Below are positions 28,464-38,973 of a DNA stretch of 64,000 nucleotides, one piece after another. Position 1 is the first letter of the stretch, and each line of letters opens with the position of its first letter. A program made the position numbers and the translations under genes. Where the stretch lies: the NCBI GenBank assembly GCA_000002435.2, contig CM018791.1, one strand, 5' to 3'. The notes under the pieces were generated by a model. It made no database searches. It was not told the origin of the DNA and saw nothing but the letters and a program-made list of their open reading frames with translations. This stretch comes from Giardia intestinalis (Eukaryota).

Positions 28464-30137
28464 TCATGTTTTGCGAAACAATAACACAACCTCGCAGACG
28501 GCTGCTGAAGCGTTAAAGAGCACAAGGATGACGGCGGTGGTGTAGAACATAACTCGTATACACAGATGCGGCTTATGATGCGCCTTGGACAAATCTAGCA
28601 TCCTGTAGCGAATCGATATTTCATTTTCTTTTAGCGCAGAGGTAGATTTAGCAGAGCCTTTCTTAGTTTTTCGCAACCGTTGTTTCTTTTTCTTGCTACC
28701 GCTCTCCTCATCTATCTCGTCACCAGACTCATTTTTCATAGGAGCAGAGCCGAACTCGACCCCATCTATGTTGCTTTGCTTTGCTCCCAGAGATTGCTCA
28801 TGAAGTGCTCTTTTAAGTTTTTCTTCCAGAATGTCACCAACAGAATTCTTCTTGAGTAATGGAAGCTTGTAGACCACCATAAGCGGGAATAGTTGGAAAA
28901 TAATGACCCCAAACACGTTCCCCATGATGCTGAGAACCTTGTCGATATTTGGTATGAGGATTGCCAAAGTAGTACAGACTACAGTTAATATGAAACCTAC
29001 CAAAATAAATAATCCGTATCCGCGCCTGGTATATTTGTCGATTTTGAACCATGCAAGAATATTTGCTCGGATCGGGTAAAGCATAACTGGAAAGCTCGTT
29101 AGGATCACAATGGAGTAGAGGAACATGACGACGGAGATGACGGTGTCACCAGTGAAAGAGAGGAGGATGTTTGAGTTCACGGGTATACAGTCGACAACTG
29201 AAGGATCCGGGCAGTTTCTGTTGAACATTAGAGAGCCCTCAATGGCAGCAGCTGCATAGATAACCGTGACTATGGGGAGGATGATCAAGATCGTCAACTT
29301 CATGCTGCGCGTTTTGTACCGTGGAGACCCCGTGATGTCGAACTGAATCGGGGTTATAGAGGCATGGAGTGAGTACAGTGTGGAGAAGATGGTATAATAG
29401 GATATGATGTCTGCGATGTAGTTAGTTGACTCAGGAAACCATGGAACGGGTGGCGCAGCGTGGTGCTGCCCATTTAGATTGCCAGTGGTAAACCAACCGA
29501 AGAAGCGGACATTGAGTACTATAAAGGCAAAAATAACAAAGACAACAGCGAAAGAGCTGACGATGTTGAGGGCACTGATGGACCGGGGGATCGTCAGGGG
29601 GAAGATGATAGCCGCTCCAATGATGACTTTAAATGTTACACTCCACATCTGTGACTCTAGTACGGTGAGGCCTGCCAGGGTTATTAGCGAGGTTCTGATG
29701 TAGTCAGCCGAGATAGAGACATAGGTTATAGGGAGAATGCAGGCCAGCACAGAGATGTCTACGCTCCACATAAAAGCCTTGCCATAAAGATTCCTAGCGA
29801 GCTCCCGGGCACTGGCAAAGTTCCCGTGATAGTTGACCTCCGTTATGAGCAGAAAACAATACGTGCAAAATGTAAGCGCAATCACGTCATAGCACGCAGC
29901 CACAGCAAAGCCGCTAACAGAGACGACCTTCGGAATGGCAAGAAGCCCTGACCCGATGCAACAATTGAATATTGTAAAGAGCAAGGCGTAACGGCTCGTA
30001 GCGCTGGATTTTCGATAGATATACACGTGCTCAGTTGACTGGATTGTTTCTGCTATGTCACAGTCTGGCTTGGTACTTTCTGTAGACATGTCCCCGTCGC
30101 GGGTAAGTCCTCTAGACTCTCCGGAATCTAAAGTCAT
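28464..30137 (-). CDS. Amino-acid transporter (AAAP/SLC38-like, Aa_trans family)
   Basis: 557 aa with about 11 TM helices. N-terminal Aa_trans signature 'ALLFTIFNCCIGSGLLAIPKVV'. Initiator 'ataaaaagtATG'. Confidence 0.7.
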   Translation of the reverse strand: MTLDSGESRGLTRDGDMSTESTKPDCDIAETIQSTEHVYIYRKSSATSRYALLFTIFNCCIGSGLLAIPKVVSVSGFAVAACYDVIALTFCTYCFLLITEVNYHGNFASARELARNLYGKAFMWSVDISVLACILPITYVSISADYIRTSLITLAGLTVLESQMWSVTFKVIIGAAIIFPLTIPRSISALNIVSSFAVVFVIFAFIVLNVRFFGWFTTGNLNGQHHAAPPVPWFPESTNYIADIISYYTIFSTLYSLHASITPIQFDITGSPRYKTRSMKLTILIILPIVTVIYAAAAIEGSLMFNRNCPDPSVVDCIPVNSNILLSFTGDTVISVVMFLYSIVILTSFPVMLYPIRANILAWFKIDKYTRRGYGLFILVGFILTVVCTTLAILIPNIDKVLSIMGNVFGVIIFQLFPLMVVYKLPLLKKNSVGDILEEKLKRALHEQSLGAKQSNIDGVEFGSAPMKNESGDEIDEESGSKKKKQRLRKTKKGSAKSTSALKENEISIRYRMLDLSKAHHKPHLCIRVMFYTTAVILVLFNASAAVCEVVLLFRKT

Positions 30138-30285
30138 ACTTTTTATACTTTAGCTCAACACTTAAAAGTAGCAAAAGACAACCGATAGCTGATTTACTAT
30201 CCTAGTTTACTACCACGTTACTACCACGTCCAGACAACTGGTTTGCTGGTTTGTATGCTGCTATGCTGACATGCCGGTACACTTT

Positions 30286-30708
30286 TTATGAGAGCGAATG
30301 TAAATAGCCCTGAAGAACGGCACCCTCCCCCAATTGAATTCTGCTGGAGCCTGCCGATACGTCTATGCTCGATGTGAGTGCCATCCACTTCTTCATGTCG
30401 AGGGTTAAATAGTACGCATTGGTCTCTGTAACGCGCAGATACGCCTGCTGCCGGTAACTGTTCCAACCAGCCAACGAGATCAATCCATCATAGCCTGTTA
30501 TTCGTGTGCTCTCGCAGAACATGTCTCCGTGAATATGCGTGATCCCAAAGACCTTGTCGGGCTGAAGGAGGTCCAGTGGGAGAAGCCCGGGTCCCTTGCA
30601 TGTCCACACGAGAGAGTCGACACTACACGAGGCTTCTGCGAGTCCTCCAGTAACACCAACAGCAAGGTGCTGCCAGAACAATATCGAGAGAACAACGAGC
30701 ACCCACAT
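30286..30708 (-). CDS. Hypothetical small secreted protein (140 aa) lying between the two transporter genes
   Basis: ATG start with 'cgaataaATG' context. N-terminal signal peptide MWVLVVLSILFWQHLAVG. No domain recognised. Confidence 0.35.
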   Translation of the reverse strand: MWVLVVLSILFWQHLAVGVTGGLAEASCSVDSLVWTCKGPGLLPLDLLQPDKVFGITHIHGDMFCESTRITGYDGLISLAGWNSYRQQAYLRVTETNAYYLTLDMKKWMALTSSIDVSAGSSRIQLGEGAVLQGYLHSLS

Positions 30709-30907
30709 TTATTCGTGCCTTCTCAGAGTTAAACGTTTCACTGGACCATCGTTTCATAAGTGTTGTAGATTGACTTAAGTGGCGACCATTCTCTCGTAAC
30801 ACAAACCTCAAGCGTGCCACTAACAAGAGTTTCAGACTTTTGGAAGTGTGTGTCTAATGCAGGGGTAGTCAGCCATATCGTAAGGTGTTCAAAGGGGTTT
30901 GAACACG

Positions 30908-33064
30908 CTAGAAGAGCAGAATAAATTGAAATATGAGAGAAGTAACAGTAAGTCCCAAGGACACCATCATAAGGATAAGAAATGTTATCTTCTTAGTGCG
31001 GGGCGCTATAATCTTAACGCGAGAGAAATCCGGTAGGGTGCCCATGACGACGATCCCAACAGCATACTGGGTGTGTTCCAGGGAGATTTTCTCAGAGCCT
31101 TGAGGCCCGGCCAAGACTACGTCCTTCGCAATTGTTTCGTATCCAAGTTCCACGCTTCCATCCATACCAGAGAGTGTATCGTCAATGAGCATCTTCTTCT
31201 CTTTCATTCGAGAAGTCACACTCTTGAAGGTATCCAGCTGGGATATCGACGCTTCCCTGTTGCATGGCTCTATGCTTTCGAGGTCGTCTTCTGTGATTTC
31301 TCTATGTAGAGATGCCTTAGACTCTATGTTCCGTCTGGTTACTGCCAAGATGTCTTTCTCCACAGCGGCGCCTTTACGTGGTTCTCTTCTAGTCCCAGGC
31401 TCGGCTGCCTTGCTGTACAGGGTAATGCTTCTTAGTGACTTGCTAGCGGTGGACTTACGCAGGCTCTGCCTCTCTCTATCCGGGATGCCGTCACATTTGG
31501 ACGGCGTGGTAGTACCTGAACACGAGGAGCCGGACGACGAGCTAGTTTCTGACGAATAAAAGTCAAGCAGGGCAGAAGAGTCCGATGACTCGTCGTCTAA
31601 GATATTATTCTCTCTGTAACGGGCTGCAATGGCACACAAGTCTATGTTCCGCCCAGCAGACATCCTGCGCAGGTAGGGCAGTTTATAGCGGATAACGAGA
31701 GGCACAAGTACGCAGACAATGCTGCCTAGAACGCTGGCGGCCAAGGAGGAGAGGATTGTCAGATTTGGAATTACCAGCGTGAGTGCAAGCGTGAAGCAGA
31801 TGATAGGCCCGGAGACTAATAGGTATAGGAGACGCGTTCTGCATGGAATGGAGCCCTTTTCCTTATTGCCCTGCGCATGTAGGCACGCCAATTCGGGCTC
31901 TGAAAGTGTTCTTCCTATAGGGAGCTTTGGCGAGTATCCTGCCAGCTTATGAAGAGATGCCAACCAAACGTTTTCTTGTGCAACTGCGGAATTATCAGGC
32001 TTTCTTCTAATAACCTTTGATGCATAAGGGATCAGCATGTTTCCCAGGACAATGATCTTCACAACTGCCACGAGCACTAGGGAGGCAGTATAAAGGATCA
32101 TGATTACAAGAACGCCAAATGGCATGATGTACTCCTTAGAAAAGGGATCCCTGTATACCAAAGACATGACATAGTTGTCTTGTAGTAAGATGCAATCCGT
32201 ATCGACTGCCGTACAGGTACCATCGAAGAAGAACACAGAAACAATGGAAACACCAAATGACAGGACCAATATAACGCCCACTGTGAAGAAAATGGTGGAC
32301 GCTGCCCACCGGTAACGGGATGAGTATGAGCCCTGCTGCTTGTTTTGCTGTCCGATAAGGGTAGGCGATATCCATAAGCAGTATAAGTAGTAAAAGGGAG
32401 AAAAGACTCCTGGTTTTGTGTGAAACTCAAAGGGCACAAGGGGAGCTGGGGGAGGGTCATGTCTGTAGCTGTGTACATATCCAGTCCTACGCCAATCTCC
32501 ATAGACTACGCAAACACACAAGAAAACGATGATGAAAAGAAAGCCAGCGACGGCACACCCAATTGTAAGACCGTGAAGGGTTCCCCGAGGCAAGAGAGTA
32601 AACGGAAGAATAACGACAATGCAGTACAACAACTTAATGAGTATATAAACTATGGGGTCGACCTTTTGAGTAAGCTGGCTGAGCTGTGCATACGCACCAA
32701 GGGTTTGGTCAACTAAGGCTAAAATCTCTGGGGCAGGAAGGTATGTAAGCATCGTGCTTATCGCTGCAAAGTGGTAAGCCCAAGGCCTCAAGACACGAGC
32801 TAGAAGATCCACAAGCGACGATGACGCCATGTGGTAGGCTGCTTCTGCCAGTACGATCTGCGCGTAAACGGAGTATGCAGCAGACAAAAGCATCAAAACG
32901 ACGGAGAGAGGAATCCCTAGTACATGCATAAAGCGTGGTGCCGCAAGGAGTAGGGGCGAAAAGCTGCAGAACAAGATTAGGGTGCTTGCTCCGACATACG
33001 CCTTCACACTCGATTCTCTCATGGGCGCTACACCTGAATGAGAAGCCTCCTTGGCCGTCAGCAT
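30908..33064 (-). CDS. Polytopic membrane protein, probable second amino-acid/solute transporter paralogue
   Basis: 718 aa with more than 10 TM helices and a Ser-rich cytosolic loop. Same orientation as, and adjacent to, the AAAP transporter. Confidence 0.55.
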   Translation of the reverse strand: MLTAKEASHSGVAPMRESSVKAYVGASTLILFCSFSPLLLAAPRFMHVLGIPLSVVLMLLSAAYSVYAQIVLAEAAYHMASSSLVDLLARVLRPWAYHFAAISTMLTYLPAPEILALVDQTLGAYAQLSQLTQKVDPIVYILIKLLYCIVVILPFTLLPRGTLHGLTIGCAVAGFLFIIVFLCVCVVYGDWRRTGYVHSYRHDPPPAPLVPFEFHTKPGVFSPFYYLYCLWISPTLIGQQNKQQGSYSSRYRWAASTIFFTVGVILVLSFGVSIVSVFFFDGTCTAVDTDCILLQDNYVMSLVYRDPFSKEYIMPFGVLVIMILYTASLVLVAVVKIIVLGNMLIPYASKVIRRKPDNSAVAQENVWLASLHKLAGYSPKLPIGRTLSEPELACLHAQGNKEKGSIPCRTRLLYLLVSGPIICFTLALTLVIPNLTILSSLAASVLGSIVCVLVPLVIRYKLPYLRRMSAGRNIDLCAIAARYRENNILDDESSDSSALLDFYSSETSSSSGSSCSGTTTPSKCDGIPDRERQSLRKSTASKSLRSITLYSKAAEPGTRREPRKGAAVEKDILAVTRRNIESKASLHREITEDDLESIEPCNREASISQLDTFKSVTSRMKEKKMLIDDTLSGMDGSVELGYETIAKDVVLAGPQGSEKISLEHTQYAVGIVVMGTLPDFSRVKIIAPRTKKITFLILMMVSLGLTVTSLIFQFILLF

Positions 33065-33178
33065 GGGTAGGTAGTCTGTCCCTCAGAAATTCTAGTGTTG
33101 GAATCCCTGTGGAGGTAGAAGCAAGAATGAACTTTCGAGTGAAATGGCGAAAATACATTCCAAATAAGAAAGCAGAAG

Positions 33179-35065
33179 ATGGGAAAGGGAACCACGCCTA
33201 AAACGTCCCAAATAGGCTCGGCTGCCGCCAGCCGAGTTACTCCTTCGTCCATGAAGATCTCTCACACAAATATAAAGAGTAAAGCGCAGACCCCGACCTC
33301 GTCCATGACCAAATCTTTGAACAGCACAGGTCAGCGCATTAAGGGGATGGTCAAGTCCCTCTTTGGCACTAAACCTCTCATCCAGGAGGATATGGAGCCC
33401 TCAGGGTCTTCTTCGGAGATGATTCCCTTGCCAACCAAGCCTATACCTGGCAAATCCCAGAGTTCGCAGACAAGTCACACTCCTAGGAGATCAACAAGGC
33501 AGTCCGATGACAAGTCTTCCACGCGTGAGACTGGACCTGCGCCCGTGACCGCTAGTAGCCCCGATGCACAGCAAGCAGAGACCCTCTTTCCTGCGGCGAT
33601 CGCCACGCTTGCCACCATGGCCAACGCAGCACTCGCGCAGGCCCTCACGAACCCTCAGGCGTCTGCAGCCCTGACATCATCACTTATTTCGTCTCAAGGT
33701 CTCTCTACACGGGACTTAGCACTAACGACCTCAAATTTACAGCCGCCTCAACCTAGTATCGAGTACCCAGCCTCCTTTGGGGCTAATTACAATTCCCTAA
33801 GCAAATCTGTGACACAGCCACCTCCGTCTATTAATCAGCCATCTCTGCATCCATCGGCCGCGCCTACAGAGCAAGAGTATGTTATTTTTCCTGCGTCAAT
33901 CATAAACATGTACATGGCCATGAGAAATAAGGGAACAGATGTGGCACAGAGCTCCGTACAGCACGTGAGACCAGCGATGGCAAACTCTTTACCGGTACAG
34001 CAAGCTACAGAGTCTTTTGTGTCCACGAAGCGCACGGTCCACTTTGAGGCTCCATCAAAGGATACAGTTGGCCTCTCCAATTCGACGGGGTCTATAATCC
34101 AAGGAAGCGCCCTTGAGATATCAGCAGGGGCTGCGGAGAAGGAGCCAGCTCCTAAGAAAGTCATCATACGTGAAGATCCCAAGCCCGTGGAGCCTCCAAA
34201 GCAGGATACTAGTGTCGCTGACGCAAAACCAGCTGTTCCCGATCAACCCAAGAATGAACCTTCGAAGCCGACTGGTACGTTTTTGTTTGGAAAGGCAGAT
34301 TTTAGTGTAACCAGTTCAGCTTCAACAGCTAAAGATGGGCAACCGCCCTTAGCTGATTCTGCTTCTACATCCAACACTCAGAACAAGGCTGTTACTTATT
34401 CATTTAAATTTGGAAGCACCTCTGAGGATACGAAGAGCAATACATCCTCTAATCCGCCGGGGCCTGATTCCGATTTGAAGAAGGAGGAGACTGCAACTGG
34501 AGATAGCGCTGCATTCAAATTATCGCAAACAGACAATGTCCCGAAACCTCCATCGAAAGGTTTTGTCTTTGGTGCCCCAGTAGCGCCTGCACAGCAACCA
34601 CCGCCTCCTTCAACTCAGCTAACCACAAAGCAAGAGCAGCCTCCAGAGCAAAAGAAGGATCACCCGGTCTTCTCATTCGGGTCTATGTCTGCATCGACTA
34701 CACAAGGGTTTGGATTTAAACCCCCGGCAGATGAGCCCAAATCGACACCAGTCGCACCTACTGCAGGCTTCTCCTTCACTGCCCCCCAGACGGGCGCTAA
34801 ACAGACAGGTGCGTTTTCCTTCCAGGTATCTACCCCTCCTGTGCAATTTGGAGCGACAGGAAGTAACGCCGCATCATCTACCCAGCCCGGTTTTAGTGGC
34901 TTTGGTGGGTTTGGCGGCGGCTCCTCTAGTCAGTCCGTCTTTGGTGCGGGCGTGTCTCCATTTGGTACACAACCTTCAACGACCGACGGGGCCTCGGGAC
35001 CTCAGGCAGGATCCTTCGGCTCCTTCACCTTCTCTAATCCGTCAATCAAACCGCAGCTCTCTTAA
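33179..35065 (+). CDS. FG-repeat (FxFG-type) nucleoporin candidate
   Basis: S/T/P/Q-rich and natively unstructured. The C-terminal 260 aa carry about 12 FG motifs spaced 15-30 aa apart: FLFGKADFS, FKFGSTS, FVFGAP, FSFGSMS, FGFKPP, FSFTAP, FSFQ, QFGATG, GFSGFGGFGG, SVFGAG, SPFGTQ, SFGSFTFS. Confidence 0.55.
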   Translation: MGKGTTPKTSQIGSAAASRVTPSSMKISHTNIKSKAQTPTSSMTKSLNSTGQRIKGMVKSLFGTKPLIQEDMEPSGSSSEMIPLPTKPIPGKSQSSQTSHTPRRSTRQSDDKSSTRETGPAPVTASSPDAQQAETLFPAAIATLATMANAALAQALTNPQASAALTSSLISSQGLSTRDLALTTSNLQPPQPSIEYPASFGANYNSLSKSVTQPPPSINQPSLHPSAAPTEQEYVIFPASIINMYMAMRNKGTDVAQSSVQHVRPAMANSLPVQQATESFVSTKRTVHFEAPSKDTVGLSNSTGSIIQGSALEISAGAAEKEPAPKKVIIREDPKPVEPPKQDTSVADAKPAVPDQPKNEPSKPTGTFLFGKADFSVTSSASTAKDGQPPLADSASTSNTQNKAVTYSFKFGSTSEDTKSNTSSNPPGPDSDLKKEETATGDSAAFKLSQTDNVPKPPSKGFVFGAPVAPAQQPPPPSTQLTTKQEQPPEQKKDHPVFSFGSMSASTTQGFGFKPPADEPKSTPVAPTAGFSFTAPQTGAKQTGAFSFQVSTPPVQFGATGSNAASSTQPGFSGFGGFGGGSSSQSVFGAGVSPFGTQPSTTDGASGPQAGSFGSFTFSNPSIKPQLS

Positions 35066-35074
35066 GGCGCTTAG

Positions 35075-35707
35075 TTAAGGACGACACACTGGTGGGCTAT
35101 ACTGCTCATGAATGCCTTTGTAAAGGGAAAAAAGCTTACAAAGGAAGTGCTTTTCACTTCTATCAGAATCTTTGGGGTCTCCGGATGTTTCTACGATGCG
35201 GTTAGTGAAAAAGCGCTCTAAGTTCACGTTGTAGCGGGCGCTATAGCAGTGTGCTTGACAAAGCATATCTATCTTATCGATAACGTGGGCTGCACGCGCA
35301 AGCGGAGAGTGAGCATCTTCATACATTGTAAACAGCTCTTTATAGAGTGCTCCCATGCGATGGAGACCAGAGTTGCAGAGGAGTAGTACCAGTTCTCTCA
35401 TAGCTGAAGCCTCTTGCATACGCTTTTCGGCGGCAGAGACCTTGCTCAGAGACTCGGGAATAATGTCACCGACGATAGACTCAGCCAAGTCGTGAAGGAG
35501 CATCATACAAACAAGACGTGTGCGCCTCTGCGGATCTAAGCTCACTGAGGAATCGAGGGCTACACAGGCCGTGGCGTAGCTGTGGTCAGCGACAGACTCA
35601 ACACAGCCAATTTCGGGATGGAGTGTCCAGCCAGTTCGTGGCAGGCAGCAGAGCCGATCCAGTAAAGCGTAAAAAGCCAAAAACGACTGCACACGGGAGG
35701 AGAGCAT
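35075..35707 (-). CDS. HD-domain phosphohydrolase (HDDC2/YfbR-like 5'-deoxynucleotidase family)
   Basis: '...LPRTGW...ESVADHSYATACVALD...' plus 'LVCMMLLHDLAESIVGDIIP' (the H..HD..D metal-binding motif). Confidence 0.75.
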   Translation of the reverse strand: MLSSRVQSFLAFYALLDRLCCLPRTGWTLHPEIGCVESVADHSYATACVALDSSVSLDPQRRTRLVCMMLLHDLAESIVGDIIPESLSKVSAAEKRMQEASAMRELVLLLCNSGLHRMGALYKELFTMYEDAHSPLARAAHVIDKIDMLCQAHCYSARYNVNLERFFTNRIVETSGDPKDSDRSEKHFLCKLFSLYKGIHEQYSPPVCRP

Positions 35708-35732
35708 TTCTTAACAGGCTCTGCCTGATTTG

Positions 35733-35739
35733 GTTTACT
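35733..35739 (-). terminator. Putative polyadenylation signal AGTAAAC for the PX-domain gene 35747..38824
   Basis: The minus strand reads '...gagggAGTAAACcaaatc'. It lies 8 nt downstream of the stop and 26 nt upstream of the HD-domain gene's ATG. Confidence 0.45.
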
Positions 35740-35746
35740 CCCTCGT

Positions 35747-38700
35747 TCAGCAGCGAGCTGCCTTTAAGAATTGTCTGTATATGTTACTCGTACGCACAAA
35801 CGTTATGGAGTGCATGCTATAAAGGTAAGCTTCTAAAAGCCTTGCTCGTTCCCTAATAAACTCCGGCTTCCAGCCGCCCAAAGCGTAAGGCCTGTCGGGT
35901 GGGATGTCAGGCAAAGTCGCTGCAGGATAGGCCGCAGAGATTGCCGCGTGAAGCTCCTTGACCTCCGAAAAGCGGCAGCTTATGTGGAGCCTCCTGCCGT
36001 CCATGCCCAGCTCAATGTAGTAACTAATGAAGGGTCGCGACCCAGAAATAATAACAGTGCGGTGGCTCAACACCTTGACATAGAAACTGGAGCATGACGA
36101 GGTGTCGACGAACAGGGATACATGTCTGCCGCTATCCCTATGCTTGTTGCTTCTAACTATGGACGATGCAGCTCCATGGCCACTCCTTCTAATTGCACTC
36201 AGTGTCTGCACAGACGGATCATACTCAACAGAATCGGATTCTCTCTCTAGTTGAGCCTCGATGTTGTGCCGTAAAGCCTGAAGCTCCTTGTCGCGCCTTT
36301 CACGAAGGCGAATCTCACGCATCAGCTCTCTATCCAAAAGAAGGCCACTATTAGTTGTGTCTATCGCAGAAGACGTCGTAGAGTTGGACTCTATCTGCGA
36401 ATTGACAGCGAAGCGTTTCCTCTCTGCCTCAAGTTTTTGGTACTCACGGTCAGCTTTGCGATTGGCCCGTTCAATCTCCTTGTCCATCCGCAACTTCTCT
36501 TCGGCTAAAAGACGCCGCAGCTCTTTCTCTTCCTGCCGTTTCTTCTGCTCCTCAATCTTTCGAAGTTGCTCTTCACGCAATTTCTCTGCCACGGCGATGT
36601 CTTCGCTGTGAGAGGACTCTGTTAGAGATGATACGGTTGTAGACGTCTCGCGCTCCATAGGCTCCTTCTTGTCCTTCTGCTGCTTCTTAGCAATCTTCTT
36701 ATCTGCACGACGCGTCTCGGTAGTGGATTTGATGGTGGAGTGGGGCTTAGACGAAGAAGTGTCTCCGTTAATCTTCTGTGGCTTTTCTGCTGGTGCGTCT
36801 TTAGTTTCCTTAATGAGGTCGGGCTTCTTCTTGATTGCGCTAGTCTTCTTTTTGTCTGCTTCATGCTTCGGTTCCTTCTCAGGCTTCTCAAGCTTCTTCT
36901 CCTTCTTCTGCTTGGCAGCATGATGCTTTTCCTTGGCATGTTCATCCCTCTGATGCTCCGCTTTATGCTTGGTATGTGATTTGGGAAGATGCTTTGGTGG
37001 AGTGTGTAGTTCTACAACAGGTGTATTCAGCCTATCAACATACAGGCTATCACTATCCTCATTATCGACGACCAAACTTATCGCAGGAGTATCAAGCCTG
37101 GATACAACCAAAGAGTCCTCCTGCACTTCTTGTTCTGTACGTAGAGCTGCATGGCCTGTCTCGTCCTCAAGCCCTTGAGGCTCTTCCTCTTGGCAGTATA
37201 GGTCCTCCTCGGCCTGGCGCAGCATCTCCTCCTCTTCACGTCGCGCCTGCTCAAGCATCTCTGCCTCTTTGCGAGCCATTTCAATATCAAATTCATCCAG
37301 CGTCTCTTCCGGAAGCTGAAGTACCCCTTCCGGTGTAGGCTCATATTCTTGTTCGTGGACCGACACCTGCTGTTCAATATAAGGCTCTTCTTGGCATACA
37401 TCAGAAGATTGTGCTAGCCCAAACGACCCATCGAGAACGTCAGGAGTTGCGACACGATCAACAACCAAATCCTCAGAAGGCAATAGCAGGCTCTCTGGCC
37501 CATGCGAGTCAGGTGGGGCAAAGTCGTCCGGAGTACTATCACAAGGAGTGACCTGACGATGGACCGAGCTTGCACAGCTATGTTCCTCTAGGGCTGGCTG
37601 TCCCCATTGAGATATCTCGCTTTTGAGTTCATCAATAAGGTCACTGTCTTGTATTCTCTCGAATGAATCCGATTCAGTCTTGTTAGAAATGTGCTCCAGA
37701 GGTGGAGCTGTCTCCATATCAGGCAAGCTCTCCAGGTCCTTGATCTCAGGGGTGTGTACTACCGCATCCTCAATGATAGCCTCCGCCTCACGAATGCTTC
37801 GTTCTGTCTCCGGGTCTGTTTGCAGTCTGGAAACAACATCCTCAGATACGTACTCATCAGCGTTGGAGAAGCTTCGCAAAAGCTCTACCTCCTGACTGCA
37901 TTGCGGTTCCTCGCTCAGGACCTGCTGTAAAGACTCGTCACAAGGTAGAGCCATGCTTATCTCCTCGCGGCTCTCAATAGGTACTAGCTGTTGTGGTTGT
38001 ATGTCCCTGAAGACTCTGTCCGCTCCAACAGCTGCGCGCAAACGCAGAATCTGATCTATGACCAGCATCTTCCTGACTCTGCGGAGATGCTCGAGCAGAG
38101 CTGCTGAGTCTTCTGCTTGAGCGGGGTCGACGACCTCTGGCCCTTGAGCAAAGGCTGTCTGAGGACTGGGGTCAATGGGGACTGAATCAGAAGGCGTAGG
38201 TACCCTGGAGACGCATATCGGAACGGCTGAGATGTCATTGTCTGAGAACGGCATAACTGGAGTCACATCAGAAAAGGCAGCCAAATCTGGGGCAGGTGCC
38301 TCACTAATTGCGGCAGGCGTCGATGGCGCATCATCAAAGCCAAAGAAGCCGAAAGCATCATTAGGCTCGATAGCGTCGGGGACCTCAGCGGCGCCATCCG
38401 CAAGGTTAGCCCCAAAGCCGAACATTTCATCCGGCTGCTCTGCAGGAGGGTCATTGGTGTTTGTTGGTTCGAGCATGTATTGTGGCTGGACATCATCGTT
38501 GTCGGGATTCTCGGGCCTAGGGGCCTCATCCTTACAGGTGTCCACGGGCTGGTCTTGTGGCTCATCATCAATAGGCCCTGCCTCCAATTTGGGTTCGTCG
38601 TTGTGCAGTTCCTGAGGATCATTGTAAGCATTATCTTCTGGCAAGCCATAGGCATATGCGTATGGGTTGGAACCATCACCGGCCACGTAAGGGGCGCCAT

Positions 38701-38824
38701 AGTAGTCCATGTCCGCGGCCATTGCGTAGGGGTTCTGGTGGTCACCAGTGGTCTCGTCCTGGCTCGTCCCGTAGTCCCCCCATCCATAGGCTTGGTATCC
38801 GCCCTGCTCCTGATCACCGTCCAT
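35747..38824 (-). CDS. PX-domain protein (C-terminal PX) with N-terminal acidic FGF motifs and a K/E-rich coiled-coil (GlPXD-family-like)
   Basis: C-terminal PX: 'YYIELGMDGRRLHISCRFSEVKELHAAISAAYPAATLPDIPPDRPYALGGWKPEFIRERARLLEAYL'. N-terminal 'EMFGFGAN' and 'DAFGFFGFDDAP'. The ORF-track start at 38881 is GTG; the first ATG at 38824 is preceded by 'cttaaaaaaATG'. Confidence 0.75.
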   Translation of the reverse strand: MDGDQEQGGYQAYGWGDYGTSQDETTGDHQNPYAMAADMDYYGAPYVAGDGSNPYAYAYGLPEDNAYNDPQELHNDEPKLEAGPIDDEPQDQPVDTCKDEAPRPENPDNDDVQPQYMLEPTNTNDPPAEQPDEMFGFGANLADGAAEVPDAIEPNDAFGFFGFDDAPSTPAAISEAPAPDLAAFSDVTPVMPFSDNDISAVPICVSRVPTPSDSVPIDPSPQTAFAQGPEVVDPAQAEDSAALLEHLRRVRKMLVIDQILRLRAAVGADRVFRDIQPQQLVPIESREEISMALPCDESLQQVLSEEPQCSQEVELLRSFSNADEYVSEDVVSRLQTDPETERSIREAEAIIEDAVVHTPEIKDLESLPDMETAPPLEHISNKTESDSFERIQDSDLIDELKSEISQWGQPALEEHSCASSVHRQVTPCDSTPDDFAPPDSHGPESLLLPSEDLVVDRVATPDVLDGSFGLAQSSDVCQEEPYIEQQVSVHEQEYEPTPEGVLQLPEETLDEFDIEMARKEAEMLEQARREEEEMLRQAEEDLYCQEEEPQGLEDETGHAALRTEQEVQEDSLVVSRLDTPAISLVVDNEDSDSLYVDRLNTPVVELHTPPKHLPKSHTKHKAEHQRDEHAKEKHHAAKQKKEKKLEKPEKEPKHEADKKKTSAIKKKPDLIKETKDAPAEKPQKINGDTSSSKPHSTIKSTTETRRADKKIAKKQQKDKKEPMERETSTTVSSLTESSHSEDIAVAEKLREEQLRKIEEQKKRQEEKELRRLLAEEKLRMDKEIERANRKADREYQKLEAERKRFAVNSQIESNSTTSSAIDTTNSGLLLDRELMREIRLRERRDKELQALRHNIEAQLERESDSVEYDPSVQTLSAIRRSGHGAASSIVRSNKHRDSGRHVSLFVDTSSCSSFYVKVLSHRTVIISGSRPFISYYIELGMDGRRLHISCRFSEVKELHAAISAAYPAATLPDIPPDRPYALGGWKPEFIRERARLLEAYLYSMHSITFVRTSNIYRQFLKAARC

Positions 38825-38973
38825 TTTTTTAAGATACAGAGGCAAAAGGCATCGAGGGGCGGCACTGCGGTCGTGTTTCACTTATTTTCCCCCGGCTGTG
38901 CGGATTCCTCTGTGGCAGCCACGCTACACTAGAGTATTCTTTAACAGTCCACAGGACTCCATGTGGGAAAAAA

